DNA of 64,000 nt, taken from a virus. Position 1 is the stretch's first letter; each line of letters begins with the position of its first letter. Shown piece by piece: positions 19,696 to 29,945 of the stretch. The stretch spans positions 13 through 64,012 of the IMG/VR virus record IMGVR_UViG_3300047160_035982, one strand, 5' to 3'. The notes below the pieces were generated by a model. It was not told where the DNA came from. It saw only the letters and a program-made list of their open reading frames with translations, and did not search any database. The translations under genes were made by a program, and so were the position numbers.

Positions 19696-20318
19696 GTTCT
19701 CCTTGCCGGGTGCCGCCCCTCGAAGACCTGATAACCTTCGGGCAGGCCGTTGTTGGTGATGCGGGGCGCGGCCACCTGCATAGACCAGTTGGTCGTCATC
19801 TCGGCCAGATAATGCGGGAAGGTCGCGGCCTCGATCAGCTTCCAGTTGACGGGCAGGATAATCGGGAAGGAGCGGGCGATTGCGTCCTGCCCGCTTGCCG
19901 CCAGCTCGTAGCCGACCATCTCGGTCAGGATCAAAAGATCATGCAGCCCGTGGCCTTCGGGCGACTCGTCGTAGACGTTGAACATCAGGCGCACGGTGCA
20001 CTGGGACTGGTTGTCGGTCGTCGCCAGCTCGGGCGTCTTGTGGATCACCCCGCTAACCGCCTGGACCACGACGGCGGGCGCGTCAGGCGAAAGCTTGTCC
20101 AGGTCGATCTCGCCGGTCACGGTACGCGGGATCATGCCGCGTTCGACCCTCGGCGGGGCTTTCAGGTAAAGGGATTGCGCCCGCTCCTGCGGGTCGAAGC
20201 TCACCTCGTCGGGCTGGCCCAGGTTCAGCGTGGGGTTATCCATCCGCAGGTTGCGGAGCAGCCCCCGGATAAATTTGACCAGGGCTACCTCCAGAAAGTA
20301 TGCGCCTCGCACGTTCAT
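19692..20318 (-). CDS. Putative tail completion/terminator protein
   Basis: 208-aa coupled ORF at the position of the tail terminator; call from synteny only. Confidence 0.45.
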   Translation of the reverse strand: MNVRGAYFLEVALVKFIRGLLRNLRMDNPTLNLGQPDEVSFDPQERAQSLYLKAPPRVERGMIPRTVTGEIDLDKLSPDAPAVVVQAVSGVIHKTPELATTDNQSQCTVRLMFNVYDESPEGHGLHDLLILTEMVGYELAASGQDAIARSFPIILPVNWKLIEAATFPHYLAEMTTNWSMQVAAPRITNNGLPEGYQVFEGRHPARRT

Positions 20319-20869
20319 GCGCTTGCCAGCACCCTCCTGAGTTCGTGGTCCATCCGCTTGTCCAGCACGTCCCCCATCCGCTTGTTGACGGCAGGCCCGA
20401 CCGCGGGCTGGCTCGCCATGATCGGAGGAGAAATCGTGTGCAGCTCGTTGATCGGGTTCCGGCCCGCCCCGGCTTGCCGGATAAAGACCCCGACGTGGCC
20501 CGACTGCATCTGGGCGACGAACGCCCCCGGCATTGTGCCGCCACCGCCGACCTTGACCTGCGCGAAGACGGGCTTCTTCTGCTTGCGGGTCTGCACCCCC
20601 TTGGGGTTCAGCTTCATATCGTAAAGCTTGAGCATACCGGGATGCTCGACGGACGCCGTGCCGTTCATGCCCTCCATCTGCAGCCGCACATTGATCAGGC
20701 CCGCCTTGACCACGTAGGCCTTGCGCACCTCGCGCTTGATCTCCGTGCGCCCCAATTCCAGCGCCCGCCAGACCGCAGGCCGCACCGCCTTGGGCACACC
20801 GTCTTTAATGTGCCCGATGGCCTTGGTCAGGCGGGCCAGCTGCGTTGCGTTGACCTGGATTCCGATCAT
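20315..20869 (-). CDS. Minor tail protein Z-like (neck/tail completion)
   Basis: Basic, AFVAQMQSGHVGVFIR...TISPPIM; start re-called at ATG 20869. Confidence 0.7.
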   Translation of the reverse strand: MIGIQVNATQLARLTKAIGHIKDGVPKAVRPAVWRALELGRTEIKREVRKAYVVKAGLINVRLQMEGMNGTASVEHPGMLKLYDMKLNPKGVQTRKQKKPVFAQVKVGGGGTMPGAFVAQMQSGHVGVFIRQAGAGRNPINELHTISPPIMASQPAVGPAVNKRMGDVLDKRMDHELRRVLASA

Positions 20870-21240
20870 TAGTTCTTCCCGTAGCGGGCCGGATGCGACC
20901 GGGTGCCGAAAAGGTTCATCACATAAATCCCCTCCTCGTCCGTGCAGGAGATGACCTCGTATGGACTGTTGGCGGGCGAATAAATCAGCTCGCCCGCGAC
21001 CGGCATCCGGGGCAAAAGCCACGCCTGGATATAGCAGACCACGTCGCCCTGAAAGACGCCCATGTTCTTGACCACGGGCATCTGCTTGGCGGCTTCCCGG
21101 TCCCAGACGCACGGGGCGTAGAAAACAGCAAAGCCGCTGGCGCCGTCCGCGATGCGAAACTCCCGACACTCCCCCATCTCGCGGGGATTGACGTGAACGG
21201 CGGTATCCCGCCGCAGGGCCAGTTTGAAGGCAGGGATCAT
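20869..21240 (-). CDS. Head-tail joining protein (FII-like)
   Basis: 123 aa, beta-rich; synteny after the capsid gene. Confidence 0.55.
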   Translation of the reverse strand: MIPAFKLALRRDTAVHVNPREMGECREFRIADGASGFAVFYAPCVWDREAAKQMPVVKNMGVFQGDVVCYIQAWLLPRMPVAGELIYSPANSPYEVISCTDEEGIYVMNLFGTRSHPARYGKN

Positions 21241-22574
21241 GCGCTAGGCGGCGGCTGTTCGTGTCTCCTCGAGCGATGATGTTCAGTGCCACCGCCTCCA
21301 CCGGCCTGCGGAACTGCGGCCTTCTGGCCTCCGGTGTCGGCTGGCTTGTCGCTCCTGACGATGTCTTCCTGAAACTCCTTGTAGGTTTGCTGCTCGGTCG
21401 AGGGCGCGTTGTAGGGATACTCGGTGCGCCGAATCACGTTGCCGTCCGGAGGCGGCGGGGTGAAGACCGGCACCTGATTGGTAGTGTCAACCGGCCCGAG
21501 CGGCTCGATGATGCGGAAGCCCAGAACGTCAAAGGGCATCGGCAGCGGCAACGAGGTCAGCCGGTAGAACATATGGTTGTGCTCCTCATCGCCGTAGACA
21601 AACGGCACACGGGCCTGGGTGTAGGTCACGAAGCGCCCGGTGCGCTCGTCCTCCAGTTGGGTGTATGCGCCGTAGATGATCCGGTTCTGGATCGTGGTCG
21701 AAGCCAACAGGACCAAGTTAGCGGGCAGCATGGGAAAGAGGTTCCCCACGTCGTCCTCAAACCACTCAGCATAGGTGTAGAGCTGCAGGCCGGGTAGCTG
21801 TCCGAAGATGGTCACGGCCGGATCGACGATCTGCGGGATCAGGGTGCCCATCTCGAACCGGCGATTGTTGAGCAGGTCGTAGACCTTCTGGTTGCGGGTG
21901 AACACGTTCGCGGCCTCGGTACCGAAAAGCGCCACGTTGGGGTTGACCCCGGAAAGGCGGACCATATTGAGCCGTGCCGTCTCGATGTCGAGCATCGGGT
22001 CACTGTTGGGCTGGTTCCACTGGATGGCGGGCGTCTCCCGGTTAGTGACCGGGCCAGCCGCGCTCTCCATGTAGTTGATGACCATCCGGTAACCGTCATC
22101 GGCGGTCACGATGATTGCGCCGTTGATCATGACCTCACGGCACATCCATTCCTCGCGGCGGCTGATCGCTTCGTCACAGAACACGGCGTCCTCGGCCATC
22201 AGCTCGGCGGCACGGTCAGCGGCGGTACGGCCCGAATAGATCGATTCACCCATCATCCGCATCTCGGCCTCGATGGCCCGCAGGTTGCGGACCGGGGCCA
22301 CGCGGGGTGCCTGATAAAACCTTGTTTCCCATCCTTTGCGCTCCATCGCTTTTCCCCCGATGAGCGGAGCAACGAACGGGGCCATCTGTCTGCGCCCGCG
22401 CCGGAAATCAAACTCCACCAAAGCGGTCGGAGGAAAGCGGCGGTCTTGGAAAAACGTGTCCCGCAGAAAGGTGTGGATCAGCGGGCCTTCGTCGAAGGGC
22501 TCCAGCAGCGTCCGCACATCGTAGATGTTCGGGTGCGGGTACTCGGTATAGAGCGGATTGACTTGAGTCGGCAT
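21237..22574 (-). CDS. Major capsid protein (lambda E family)
   Basis: FLRDTFF, EFDFRRGRRQMAPFV, ISRREEWMCREVM motifs; preceded by a decoration gene. Confidence 0.9.
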   Translation of the reverse strand: MPTQVNPLYTEYPHPNIYDVRTLLEPFDEGPLIHTFLRDTFFQDRRFPPTALVEFDFRRGRRQMAPFVAPLIGGKAMERKGWETRFYQAPRVAPVRNLRAIEAEMRMMGESIYSGRTAADRAAELMAEDAVFCDEAISRREEWMCREVMINGAIIVTADDGYRMVINYMESAAGPVTNRETPAIQWNQPNSDPMLDIETARLNMVRLSGVNPNVALFGTEAANVFTRNQKVYDLLNNRRFEMGTLIPQIVDPAVTIFGQLPGLQLYTYAEWFEDDVGNLFPMLPANLVLLASTTIQNRIIYGAYTQLEDERTGRFVTYTQARVPFVYGDEEHNHMFYRLTSLPLPMPFDVLGFRIIEPLGPVDTTNQVPVFTPPPPDGNVIRRTEYPYNAPSTEQQTYKEFQEDIVRSDKPADTGGQKAAVPQAGGGGGTEHHRSRRHEQPPPSA

Positions 22575-22607
22575 AAAAAAAAATCCCTTGTCTTAGGGGC
22601 CCTCCGG

Positions 22608-22988
22608 TTACGGGTCGATGGTTTTGCGCAGGAAGATGCCGATCTCGCGCAGGCGCAGCCGCGCAGCCGGTGAAAGCTGGGGCGGTTCCACGCCGGGTAC
22701 GGCATCGGCATAGTGGACGTGCTCGAGCGCCATCGCGCCGTGCACGGCAATCGTGCAGCTCTTTTCCTCGAACCACGGGTCGCGCACGATCACCCCGTAA
22801 AGCTCGGCGTCGTCTGCGGCGGTCGCCGGTTCCACGCCGGTAAAGTCAGCGTTCATCTTGACCAGAAAGCCGATCCGCATCTGCTCGATGGTCTGGGCTC
22901 CGTCGATGAACGACCAGTGCTCCATCACGTATGGATGGGCATCGTCAGCCAGGATCGGGGTCCACGGTTTCGTTTCGCCAATGATCAT
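22608..22988 (-). CDS. Head decoration protein (lambda D-like)
   Basis: 126 aa between protease and capsid; ends LRLREIGIFL. Confidence 0.7.
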   Translation of the reverse strand: MIIGETKPWTPILADDAHPYVMEHWSFIDGAQTIEQMRIGFLVKMNADFTGVEPATAADDAELYGVIVRDPWFEEKSCTIAVHGAMALEHVHYADAVPGVEPPQLSPAARLRLREIGIFLRKTIDP

Positions 22989-23026
22989 AAGTTCTCTCCT
23001 GCTTTTTGAGCTTTTGAGTCAAAGAC

Positions 23027-24211
23027 TCAATTTGTCGTTGCCTTCCGCATCCCGTTGAACCGGCCCGCCCTGGCTTGCGCCTTGGCTTTAAGCATGGCCC
23101 CGAACTCCTCGCGCTTGACGCCGTGAATGCTCCCCTTGGAGCCTGTCGGGGCGTTGGTAGCCCGCACCGCGTTAAGCGCCTGGGCATCGGCCATGCGTGC
23201 GGCTTGCTGGCCCGCGTTCTCGTCCATTACTTCCCAGCACTGGGCGACAATGTCCTCAACGCTCGATCCGTCCTGAATCGCTTCGGCCACGATCTCAGTG
23301 GTGAGCGGGTGCAGGAATTTGGCCAGCGCCGTCACGCGCTTGCGCTCTGCAGCCACGCCGCGCTCGAACTCGTTGGCAGGCGGCTTGGGTTCGGGTGGCG
23401 CGGGAGGCGGCTGCGGCTGCGGTTGCGGTTTAGCTGGTTTGGGAGGTTCCGGTGGAGGTTCAGGCTGATCCACCGGCGCTGCTGATGCTGTCGCTGCGGT
23501 TGTCATGGTTGCTTTCTTTGTGGGTTTCTTCACCGGAGGAAACGCCGGGACGTTGTGGTAGGCACTGACATCGTGAGTCACGCCGTCAAAGATGACCTTG
23601 CCGGGTCCGGCTGAAAAAGGGCCATCGGCGCTGGCGGTGGCCTTGACCACACTACGGACCTCATCGGCAAAACCTTTCTCGACCGCATCCTCAGCGGTGA
23701 ACCAAGTCTCGGCGTTCATCAGGTCGCGAATCTCGTCACGGGGCAGGCCGGTTTTCTTGGCATAGACGTTGATCATCGATTCGCCGATGGTGCGCAGGGT
23801 GCCTGCGGTATGGTCCATCTCTTCAGCTGTGCCGATGGCGATTGCCCTCGGGGCATGAATCATCATGTTGGCGTTGGACCGGATGTAGACCTTGTGCCCG
23901 ACCATCGCGATCAGGCTAGCCGCGCTGGCCGCAAGGCCATCGACGTAAATCACCTTTTCGCTCCGGTGATCGGCCAGCCGCGAATAAATCGCTTGCGCCT
24001 CAGAGACTGAACCGCCAGGAGAATTGATATGGATGTCCAGCCGTTTGACACTTGTGGGCAGCTTGGCAAGGTCGCGGGCGAAGGTCTGGGCGGCGGTTTC
24101 GCCCATGTCATCAAACGCGCCAATAGGCGAATAGATGAGTAGCTCGGCCACCACGGGCGGGTCTTCGGCCTGGGCTTGCGCACGGAACTGGTAGAAGGGC
24201 TCGTCGTTCAT
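23027..24211 (-). CDS. ClpP-type head maturation protease with scaffold-like C-terminus
   Basis: INSPGGSV, DGLAASAAS, MMIHAP, ETWFTAEDAVEKGFAD. Confidence 0.92.
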   Translation of the reverse strand: MNDEPFYQFRAQAQAEDPPVVAELLIYSPIGAFDDMGETAAQTFARDLAKLPTSVKRLDIHINSPGGSVSEAQAIYSRLADHRSEKVIYVDGLAASAASLIAMVGHKVYIRSNANMMIHAPRAIAIGTAEEMDHTAGTLRTIGESMINVYAKKTGLPRDEIRDLMNAETWFTAEDAVEKGFADEVRSVVKATASADGPFSAGPGKVIFDGVTHDVSAYHNVPAFPPVKKPTKKATMTTAATASAAPVDQPEPPPEPPKPAKPQPQPQPPPAPPEPKPPANEFERGVAAERKRVTALAKFLHPLTTEIVAEAIQDGSSVEDIVAQCWEVMDENAGQQAARMADAQALNAVRATNAPTGSKGSIHGVKREEFGAMLKAKAQARAGRFNGMRKATTN

Positions 24212-26079
24212 CGGATGAATACTCCGGATAGGCCGCTGGCCAGCGTGGCGCGGCGATAGGCCTTGCTCTTGAAGTAGGCACCGGGCACCGGAGGCGGTGC
24301 GTTAGGGGCGGGTGCGCCCCGGCTGGGCGGGGTCGTCTGCGGCTGGGCGCTGGGTGCGCCTCCAATCCCGGCCCCGGCTCCGCTCGGGCGGTAAGGCGGA
24401 TAGTAAAGATCGACTTCCTCGAATTCATCCCGTTCGACGGCCTGCTGGGCGATGTTGTCCCGGTAGTTCGACCCGTTCATCTCAAAGCTCTCCCGCTCAA
24501 CGGTGGAGTAACCGCACTTGACCCGCAGATCGGCGGCGACCACCTCGCGGTTCGGGTCAAGGCTCCCGGCGCTCGCGCCCGTCCAGACGCAGCCGAGCAT
24601 GGCGCGGCGGACGTAGGGATCATCCCAGCCGCCCCGGAACCGCTCGATGCGGCCCAGGCTGATAGCGTCGGCCAGCCACTCCTCGTAGATCGGCTGGCAC
24701 CACTGATCGATCATCAGCGCCCGATACTTCCGCACCCGTTTCCAGAACTCCAGTATCGCGGCACGGCTCGCCGAGTAGGAAGCGGTGAACTGCTTGAGCA
24801 GCACCTCGTAGGGAATCCCCAGCGCGGCACCCAGAATCTTGGCCATCGCAATGATGAAGGATTCGAAGGTTGTCGGCGGTTGGGTCGGGCTCGCAAACGA
24901 CAAACCGTGGCCCGGTTTCATGAGGTTGACGATCCCCGGCCCCAGCTGAACGTTGTAAGGGTTCATGTCGAAGATCTCCCGCTTCTGCTGCTCGGTCAGC
25001 AGCGAATCGAGGATCTCAGCGCTAGGAAACTGGCTGGTGATGAAGGCGGTGAAATAGGATTGGATCACCGCTGCCACGACGGTGGAATCGATGTAGCGCC
25101 CGCCCTGTTTCAAAAGTTCCAGCACAATCGCCAGGAGCGGCACGCCCCGCCGCTGCTCCGGTCGCCACGGGCGGAACATCATCAGCATGTTGCGCCTGCC
25201 GGTCACCTCGCCGTAGGGTTTGACCCGCACCGTCTCATACGGACCCCAGCCGCCCAACCGGGTGGTCTGTCGGCCCATGCGTGAAAGCGGATGCTGATTG
25301 GCGATATGGTAGGCGATCAGCTCGCCCTCCTCGCTCATCTCAACCCCGTTGAACACGGTATGGCGTCCCTCGATCAAGGCCTCCTCGTCCTCAAAGGAAA
25401 GGTCAAGGTCTTCAAAGATCCCGGCTGGCGCATAGCCGTTGCCGTTCAGCCAGCCGCCGTTGCCGTTGTAGCCGTAACCGGAATAGGCGGACGGGTCGCG
25501 GACCCGGTCGCTTTCGAGGATGCGAATCCGCAAGTCAAAAAGAGTTCCGGCCCGTGGCCGCAGCGGAAGCAGTGTCGGAGTATCGCCACTTAGCAGCATG
25601 GTCTGCAACGCCAAGCTCTGTTGCTCGTAGAAGGAAAGCCGTCCCTCGAAATCGCTCTCGCGGGGGTCGCCCGCCCACCAGTCAAACTTGGTCCCGATCT
25701 CCTGATTCAAGGCGGATGTCTCATCGGCGCTCATGCCCAGCAGCTCGCCGTCTACGCTCGGCGCTGGAATCAGCCCTTCGCCGATCACGGCGGTATCGAG
25801 GGTTTCGATGGCGGCGGCTCCGAACGGGATACCCATGAAGGCGTCCCGCGAGCGTTCGCGCAAAACCTGGATGTTTTCCCCGATGTCGGTATCGGCATCG
25901 CCGCCGCGCCAGAGCCAGCCGATCATCGAGTTCTTGGTCTGGTTCGCGCCGTAATTCGAATAGCCGGTGGCCCAGACCGGCTTGGCCCGTCCGTCGATCA
26001 GGACGCCGCCATCCGAACTTAAGATGGTGCCTTTGGCAAACTGCTCTGGAATTCGGCTAGACATCGCGTAAGACGGCAC
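24208..26079 (-). CDS. Portal protein, lambda family
   Basis: LRERSRD, RPEQRRGVP, YSASRAAILEFW motifs. Confidence 0.92.
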   Translation of the reverse strand: MPSYAMSSRIPEQFAKGTILSSDGGVLIDGRAKPVWATGYSNYGANQTKNSMIGWLWRGGDADTDIGENIQVLRERSRDAFMGIPFGAAAIETLDTAVIGEGLIPAPSVDGELLGMSADETSALNQEIGTKFDWWAGDPRESDFEGRLSFYEQQSLALQTMLLSGDTPTLLPLRPRAGTLFDLRIRILESDRVRDPSAYSGYGYNGNGGWLNGNGYAPAGIFEDLDLSFEDEEALIEGRHTVFNGVEMSEEGELIAYHIANQHPLSRMGRQTTRLGGWGPYETVRVKPYGEVTGRRNMLMMFRPWRPEQRRGVPLLAIVLELLKQGGRYIDSTVVAAVIQSYFTAFITSQFPSAEILDSLLTEQQKREIFDMNPYNVQLGPGIVNLMKPGHGLSFASPTQPPTTFESFIIAMAKILGAALGIPYEVLLKQFTASYSASRAAILEFWKRVRKYRALMIDQWCQPIYEEWLADAISLGRIERFRGGWDDPYVRRAMLGCVWTGASAGSLDPNREVVAADLRVKCGYSTVERESFEMNGSNYRDNIAQQAVERDEFEEVDLYYPPYRPSGAGAGIGGAPSAQPQTTPPSRGAPAPNAPPPVPGAYFKSKAYRRATLASGLSGVFIR

Positions 26080-26407
26080 GGACCATCATGTCGCTGCCCA
26101 GCAGCTCGGCGGGCGGCATCGGGAGAGAGTTGGGGCAGAGCAGCCAAACGCGCCGGGTCCACATCTCAAAAGCGTCTTTGGAGTCCTGCCATGCCTTGTA
26201 GGCGATGTTGCGTGTGCCGGTCTGATAGCTGCGCCAGTAGGCCATGCTCAGTTGAGACTCGGCAGCAGCGGCCAACCGCAGATTGTACCGAGCCCATTCG
26301 CAGGTCCACGGCTCGAAACCGCCATCGTCGCCAATCGGTCCGCACGGACACGGGTTAGCCGGGTCACACGGGTTGGCTGGTAGCATGTATAAAAAGAACC
26401 ACACCAC
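26057..26407 (-). CDS. Head-tail adaptor (gpW-like)
   Basis: YQTGTRNIAY motif, immediately upstream of the portal. Confidence 0.55.
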   Translation of the reverse strand: MVWFFLYMLPANPCDPANPCPCGPIGDDGGFEPWTCEWARYNLRLAAAAESQLSMAYWRSYQTGTRNIAYKAWQDSKDAFEMWTRRVWLLCPNSLPMPPAELLGSDMMVRAVLRDV

Positions 26408-26427
26408 CCGTAGAATTTTCTAGTGAC

Positions 26428-26700
26428 ATGAAAAAAAGCGTGCTAATCAAGTTTCCCGAGGTGAAACACGGTGGCAAACGCCAGGGGGCAGGTCACAAAC
26501 CGTGCGATTCTGTCCGCCTTGAGTTCTCGATCCCGCGCCCGATCTATAACGAACTGGCTCGCCGGGAAGCCGTGAGCGGCATCTACCGAACCCGGATCGC
26601 CGCCACGATTTTGTGCGAAGAATTGATCGGCGGGATCGTTGATCGTGAGCTATCCTTTTACGGCAGGGTAGACAAGAGGCCTAAGTCACTACGCTCATAA
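26428..26700 (+). CDS. Small DNA-binding protein (GGxRxGAG motif, ribbon-helix-helix-like)
   Basis: KHGGKRQGAGHKP followed by strand-helix-helix; 3' end overlaps the tRNA. Confidence 0.45.
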   Translation: MKKSVLIKFPEVKHGGKRQGAGHKPCDSVRLEFSIPRPIYNELARREAVSGIYRTRIAATILCEELIGGIVDRELSFYGRVDKRPKSLRS

Positions 26701-26735
26701 CGTAGAAATCGAGAGTTCGAATCCCTCCCCTGCAA
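26662..26735 (+). tRNA. tRNA with CAT anticodon (Met or Ile2), CCA not encoded
   Basis: Folded by hand: acceptor GGCAGGG/CCCTGCA (G1:A72 mismatch), D-stem GAC/GTC, anticodon stem CTACG/CGTAG with loop CTCATAA, T-arm GAGAG-TTCGAAT-CCCTC (one mismatch), discriminator A. Confidence 0.75.
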
Positions 26736-26784
26736 TGCAACTGCAGTACAACCGCAGTACAAATGCTGAAGCCCCGTAGATTCG

Positions 26785-26970
26785 TTGCATCCGATGGCGA
26801 AGCACCTCGGGCAATCTGTCCGGGTGCCCGATGGACGGACGGGTATGCTTATCGCGTTCCGCGCAGAGATTGACCGGGCCGTAGTACAGTTCCTCAAGGA
26901 CGGCTGGTACCGACCCGAACCCTTTGTGCTTTCAGAGCTGCGTCCCACTGAGGAGCCGGAGAAACAATGA
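26785..26970 (+). CDS. Hypothetical protein
   Basis: 61-aa ORF downstream of the tRNA on the same strand. Confidence 0.4.
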   Translation: MHPMAKHLGQSVRVPDGRTGMLIAFRAEIDRAVVQFLKDGWYRPEPFVLSELRPTEEPEKQ

Positions 26971-27178
26971 ACATCGCGCCAGCTTACAGCCCCGAGTACG
27001 ATCATCTCGCCGGGTGTCGCGTTTACCTCAACGGCCAGGGAATCCGTAGGGATTTCCAGGGTGAGCCAGCAGACAGGACGCTTGCCGGACGGAATCATTC
27101 GAGTCCAAAAAGCGGGGTTTTCCGAGGGGCGCGAATGGAACTCTTCTCGGTTAGACCTGATAATCGGGCTGTTTGCGT

Positions 27179-27631
27179 TCAGTCTCCCGCCATACTCATG
27201 AGATTGATGCCGGTAATCTTTCCCTCCGCGTTGAAGCCCAACAGAAGGCTGGCTGCATCGCCGCGCGGAAAGACAAGCTTCACCACGTAGAATGTCTGCT
27301 CCCCGATCGTGCGGGTCTGCAGAACTTGAGCACCCGAGGGCGACGCGCCGTAATCGTACTTCTTGAGGTACTGCGACATCGCCTGCACCGCGTCATCCGT
27401 CAGCTGCGCACTGTAGTCGGCGGCCAATTGCGTACGATCGATCTGACCCGTTCGCATCTTGGCAAACCATTCAAGCGCAAGGGTCTTGACGCTGTTCTCT
27501 GTCGGAACGCTGGTCGGCGGCGGGGACCCGGCAAGCGCAGTCGCGACGCTGCCTGTCAACAACGCAGCGACCAACCCAATCACAACGAGGATCCTTGTCT
27601 GCGATATTTTGGGATTACAATCCGTTATCAC
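27179..27631 (-). CDS. Exported hypothetical protein
   Basis: Signal-like segment ILVVIGLVAALLTGSVATALA; directly downstream of the sulfatase. Confidence 0.6.
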   Translation of the reverse strand: MITDCNPKISQTRILVVIGLVAALLTGSVATALAGSPPPTSVPTENSVKTLALEWFAKMRTGQIDRTQLAADYSAQLTDDAVQAMSQYLKKYDYGASPSGAQVLQTRTIGEQTFYVVKLVFPRGDAASLLLGFNAEGKITGINLMSMAGD

Positions 27632-27700
27632 GATTTGTGGGGGTGGGATGAGGGGCGTACGATTCCCGTACGCCCCTTCGTCCTGTGGTTGGAGCCGCGA

Positions 27701-29389
27701 CTAGCCGCCGCCACCACCGATATGGATACGGTCGATCTGGTCCTTCAGCAACGGCACCGGGTTATCCGGGTGTTGCAAGTTCGGAACCAGGTCGGTCGAC
27801 GCACCACCAACATAGCGCATGATGCTCGGATACTTGATGATCGACTTGTCGAAGTCGATAATAACCGGGTAGATCAGCGACAGTACCCAACCGTTGTCCT
27901 CACCCGCGTACTTCCCGGGCGAAGCGCTCAGCACGCGGTAGGGTGCGGCCCCATTGAAGACCATGTCGTACTTCTCGTACGGGTCCATGGTCAGGTTGTA
28001 CAGGGCGCCAATTGAGCCCAGGTTCGCTTCTGAGCCGAGCCAGGAGTCCTTTGCCGTCAAGAGGTATTTCCAGGCTATGTGCACCCAGGGTTCCTTTGGA
28101 TCCCCGCCGATGTCGGCTCGTGCGCCGTTGAAGTTCTCACCATCGATATAAATCCACCCATTGCGCGCCGAGTGTTGTGCCTGCCCCAGGATGTAGGCGC
28201 TGTTGTCGATGCTGTCGAAGTAGATCCCCTTGCCATCGTTGCCGACCCAATCGTGGGGCGGCGGTGTCAGACCGACCATCGCGGCAAGCGTCGCCCAGCA
28301 GTCAATGTGGGACATCATTTCGTAGTACGTCACGCCAGCCGGGATGTGATTTGGCCACCACATGATCCCCGGGCAGCGCCAGCCTCCTTCGAACGGGGAT
28401 CCCTTTTCACCGCGGAACGGTATGGTTCCGGCATCGGGATAGGCATCCAGCCAGGCGCCGTTGTCGGCCGTCACGATAACGATCGTATCGGGTGCCTCCG
28501 CACGGATGGTATCCATGATCTTACCAATGTCGGCATCCATTTCCATGAGGGAATCCGAGTAGTCGCCGAGGTGTGATCTGCCTCTGAATGCCGGCGCCGC
28601 ATTGGTCGGGTTGTGCATCTTAATGAAGTTGATATCCAAGAAGAACGGCTTAGCGCTCTTCGCGTGGTCCTTGATGTAGGCGACCGCCGAGTCAGTCTGG
28701 CGAATGTCAAAGTCCGCAAGCGTGTCGTAGGTGATTGTGCCAACCATCTTGGCAGGCTGACCGGCGGTTCCTTCCCACTCGCCCAGGTTCACGATGTCGT
28801 CGTACATCTTATTGTATTCCGGGTTGTATGAGGGGAACCAGGGATGAAACCACTTAGAGGTGTCGTTGTAGGAATAGACGCCCGCATAGTAGGCGGCAAA
28901 ATGTTTCATCTCGTCGAAGCCATGCTCAATCGGATAGGCATCGGGCTTGTCGCCAAGATGCCATTTGCCCGAGAAGTAGGTCGTGTAGCCGTTTTTTTGG
29001 AAGAATTCGGCGATCGTCGGTGTCTCCTTCCGAAGGCGGTTTTCGTCGCCCGGGGCAACCACGATCGAGAGCGCCGAACGGATCGGAATACGCCCCGTCA
29101 TGAACGAGGCACGGCCGGCGGTGCAGCTTGCCTGGCCGTACCAGCAGGTGAAGACGGCACCCTCCTTGGCGATGCGATCGACATTCGGTGTCGGATGCCC
29201 GAGGCCGGCGCCTCCACCCGAATAGCAACCGAAATCGTTCCATCCGGTGTCGTCGGTCATTAACATTACGATGTTGGGTCTCTTGTCCGCCGCCCGTGCC
29301 GGGTAGATTGCGGACAGAATAGCAGCAGAAGCCGCCAGGGCTGTCACAAGGGACAGACCGCAACTGAGTATTTTTGGTTTATGTTTCAT
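27701..29389 (-). CDS. Arylsulfatase (formylglycine-dependent), exported
   Basis: RPNIVMLMTDD, CTAGR (CxAxR) signature, GKWHLG, ADNG, GEKGSPFEGGWRCP; signal peptide; start re-called at ATG 29389. Confidence 0.92.
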   Translation of the reverse strand: MKHKPKILSCGLSLVTALAASAAILSAIYPARAADKRPNIVMLMTDDTGWNDFGCYSGGGAGLGHPTPNVDRIAKEGAVFTCWYGQASCTAGRASFMTGRIPIRSALSIVVAPGDENRLRKETPTIAEFFQKNGYTTYFSGKWHLGDKPDAYPIEHGFDEMKHFAAYYAGVYSYNDTSKWFHPWFPSYNPEYNKMYDDIVNLGEWEGTAGQPAKMVGTITYDTLADFDIRQTDSAVAYIKDHAKSAKPFFLDINFIKMHNPTNAAPAFRGRSHLGDYSDSLMEMDADIGKIMDTIRAEAPDTIVIVTADNGAWLDAYPDAGTIPFRGEKGSPFEGGWRCPGIMWWPNHIPAGVTYYEMMSHIDCWATLAAMVGLTPPPHDWVGNDGKGIYFDSIDNSAYILGQAQHSARNGWIYIDGENFNGARADIGGDPKEPWVHIAWKYLLTAKDSWLGSEANLGSIGALYNLTMDPYEKYDMVFNGAAPYRVLSASPGKYAGEDNGWVLSLIYPVIIDFDKSIIKYPSIMRYVGGASTDLVPNLQHPDNPVPLLKDQIDRIHIGGGGG

Positions 29390-29767
29390 GATGCTGGGGG
29401 TATGTAGTTTTGGGCTCAGGCCCACTCCGTCCAAGACGGACAACGCGAACTGCTTTGTAATACGCCACAAAGCTTCATTGTACTTACGCTACAAAGCTGC
29501 TTCGTGCGAGCGAGTGTCGTCAAGTTGTACCTTAGCTCAATTTAAAGGGCCTGCTCCCCTTCGACACGCACCGAGTATCAGCTCGACTTGGCACGGCCTT
29601 TGGAAACACAGTGGCCAGTCTTTGCGCAGTCTAAACTTATTTCCGATCACTAGAGTAATTAAAACTCCAGCACCCAATGCAAGATGATCGGCTTTTTATG
29701 CCAGCCTGGTTTGACGCGAACCAGATCCGATTGTAACTGTGGGTGGGTTTATATTTCATTATCATCG

Positions 29768-29799
29768 ACTTGGGCAAGCCCCATAAGGCTTGCCCAAGT
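29768..29799. terminator. Perfect 13-bp hairpin, possible terminator
   Basis: ACTTGGGCAAGCC-N6-GGCTTGCCCAAGT; no clear U-tract. Confidence 0.4.
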
Positions 29800-29945
29800 T
29801 CGTTCAATGCTTCGTTTGATGCAGTGAGCCTCTAGATCACCTCCGATATCTGATCGGTTGTGCCGACGTGCACGTGCCCCGGATGTTCGACTGGGTAGTC
29901 GAGCGCTGGAAGAATGAGCACCCGGGATTTTTCGATGAACAACCC

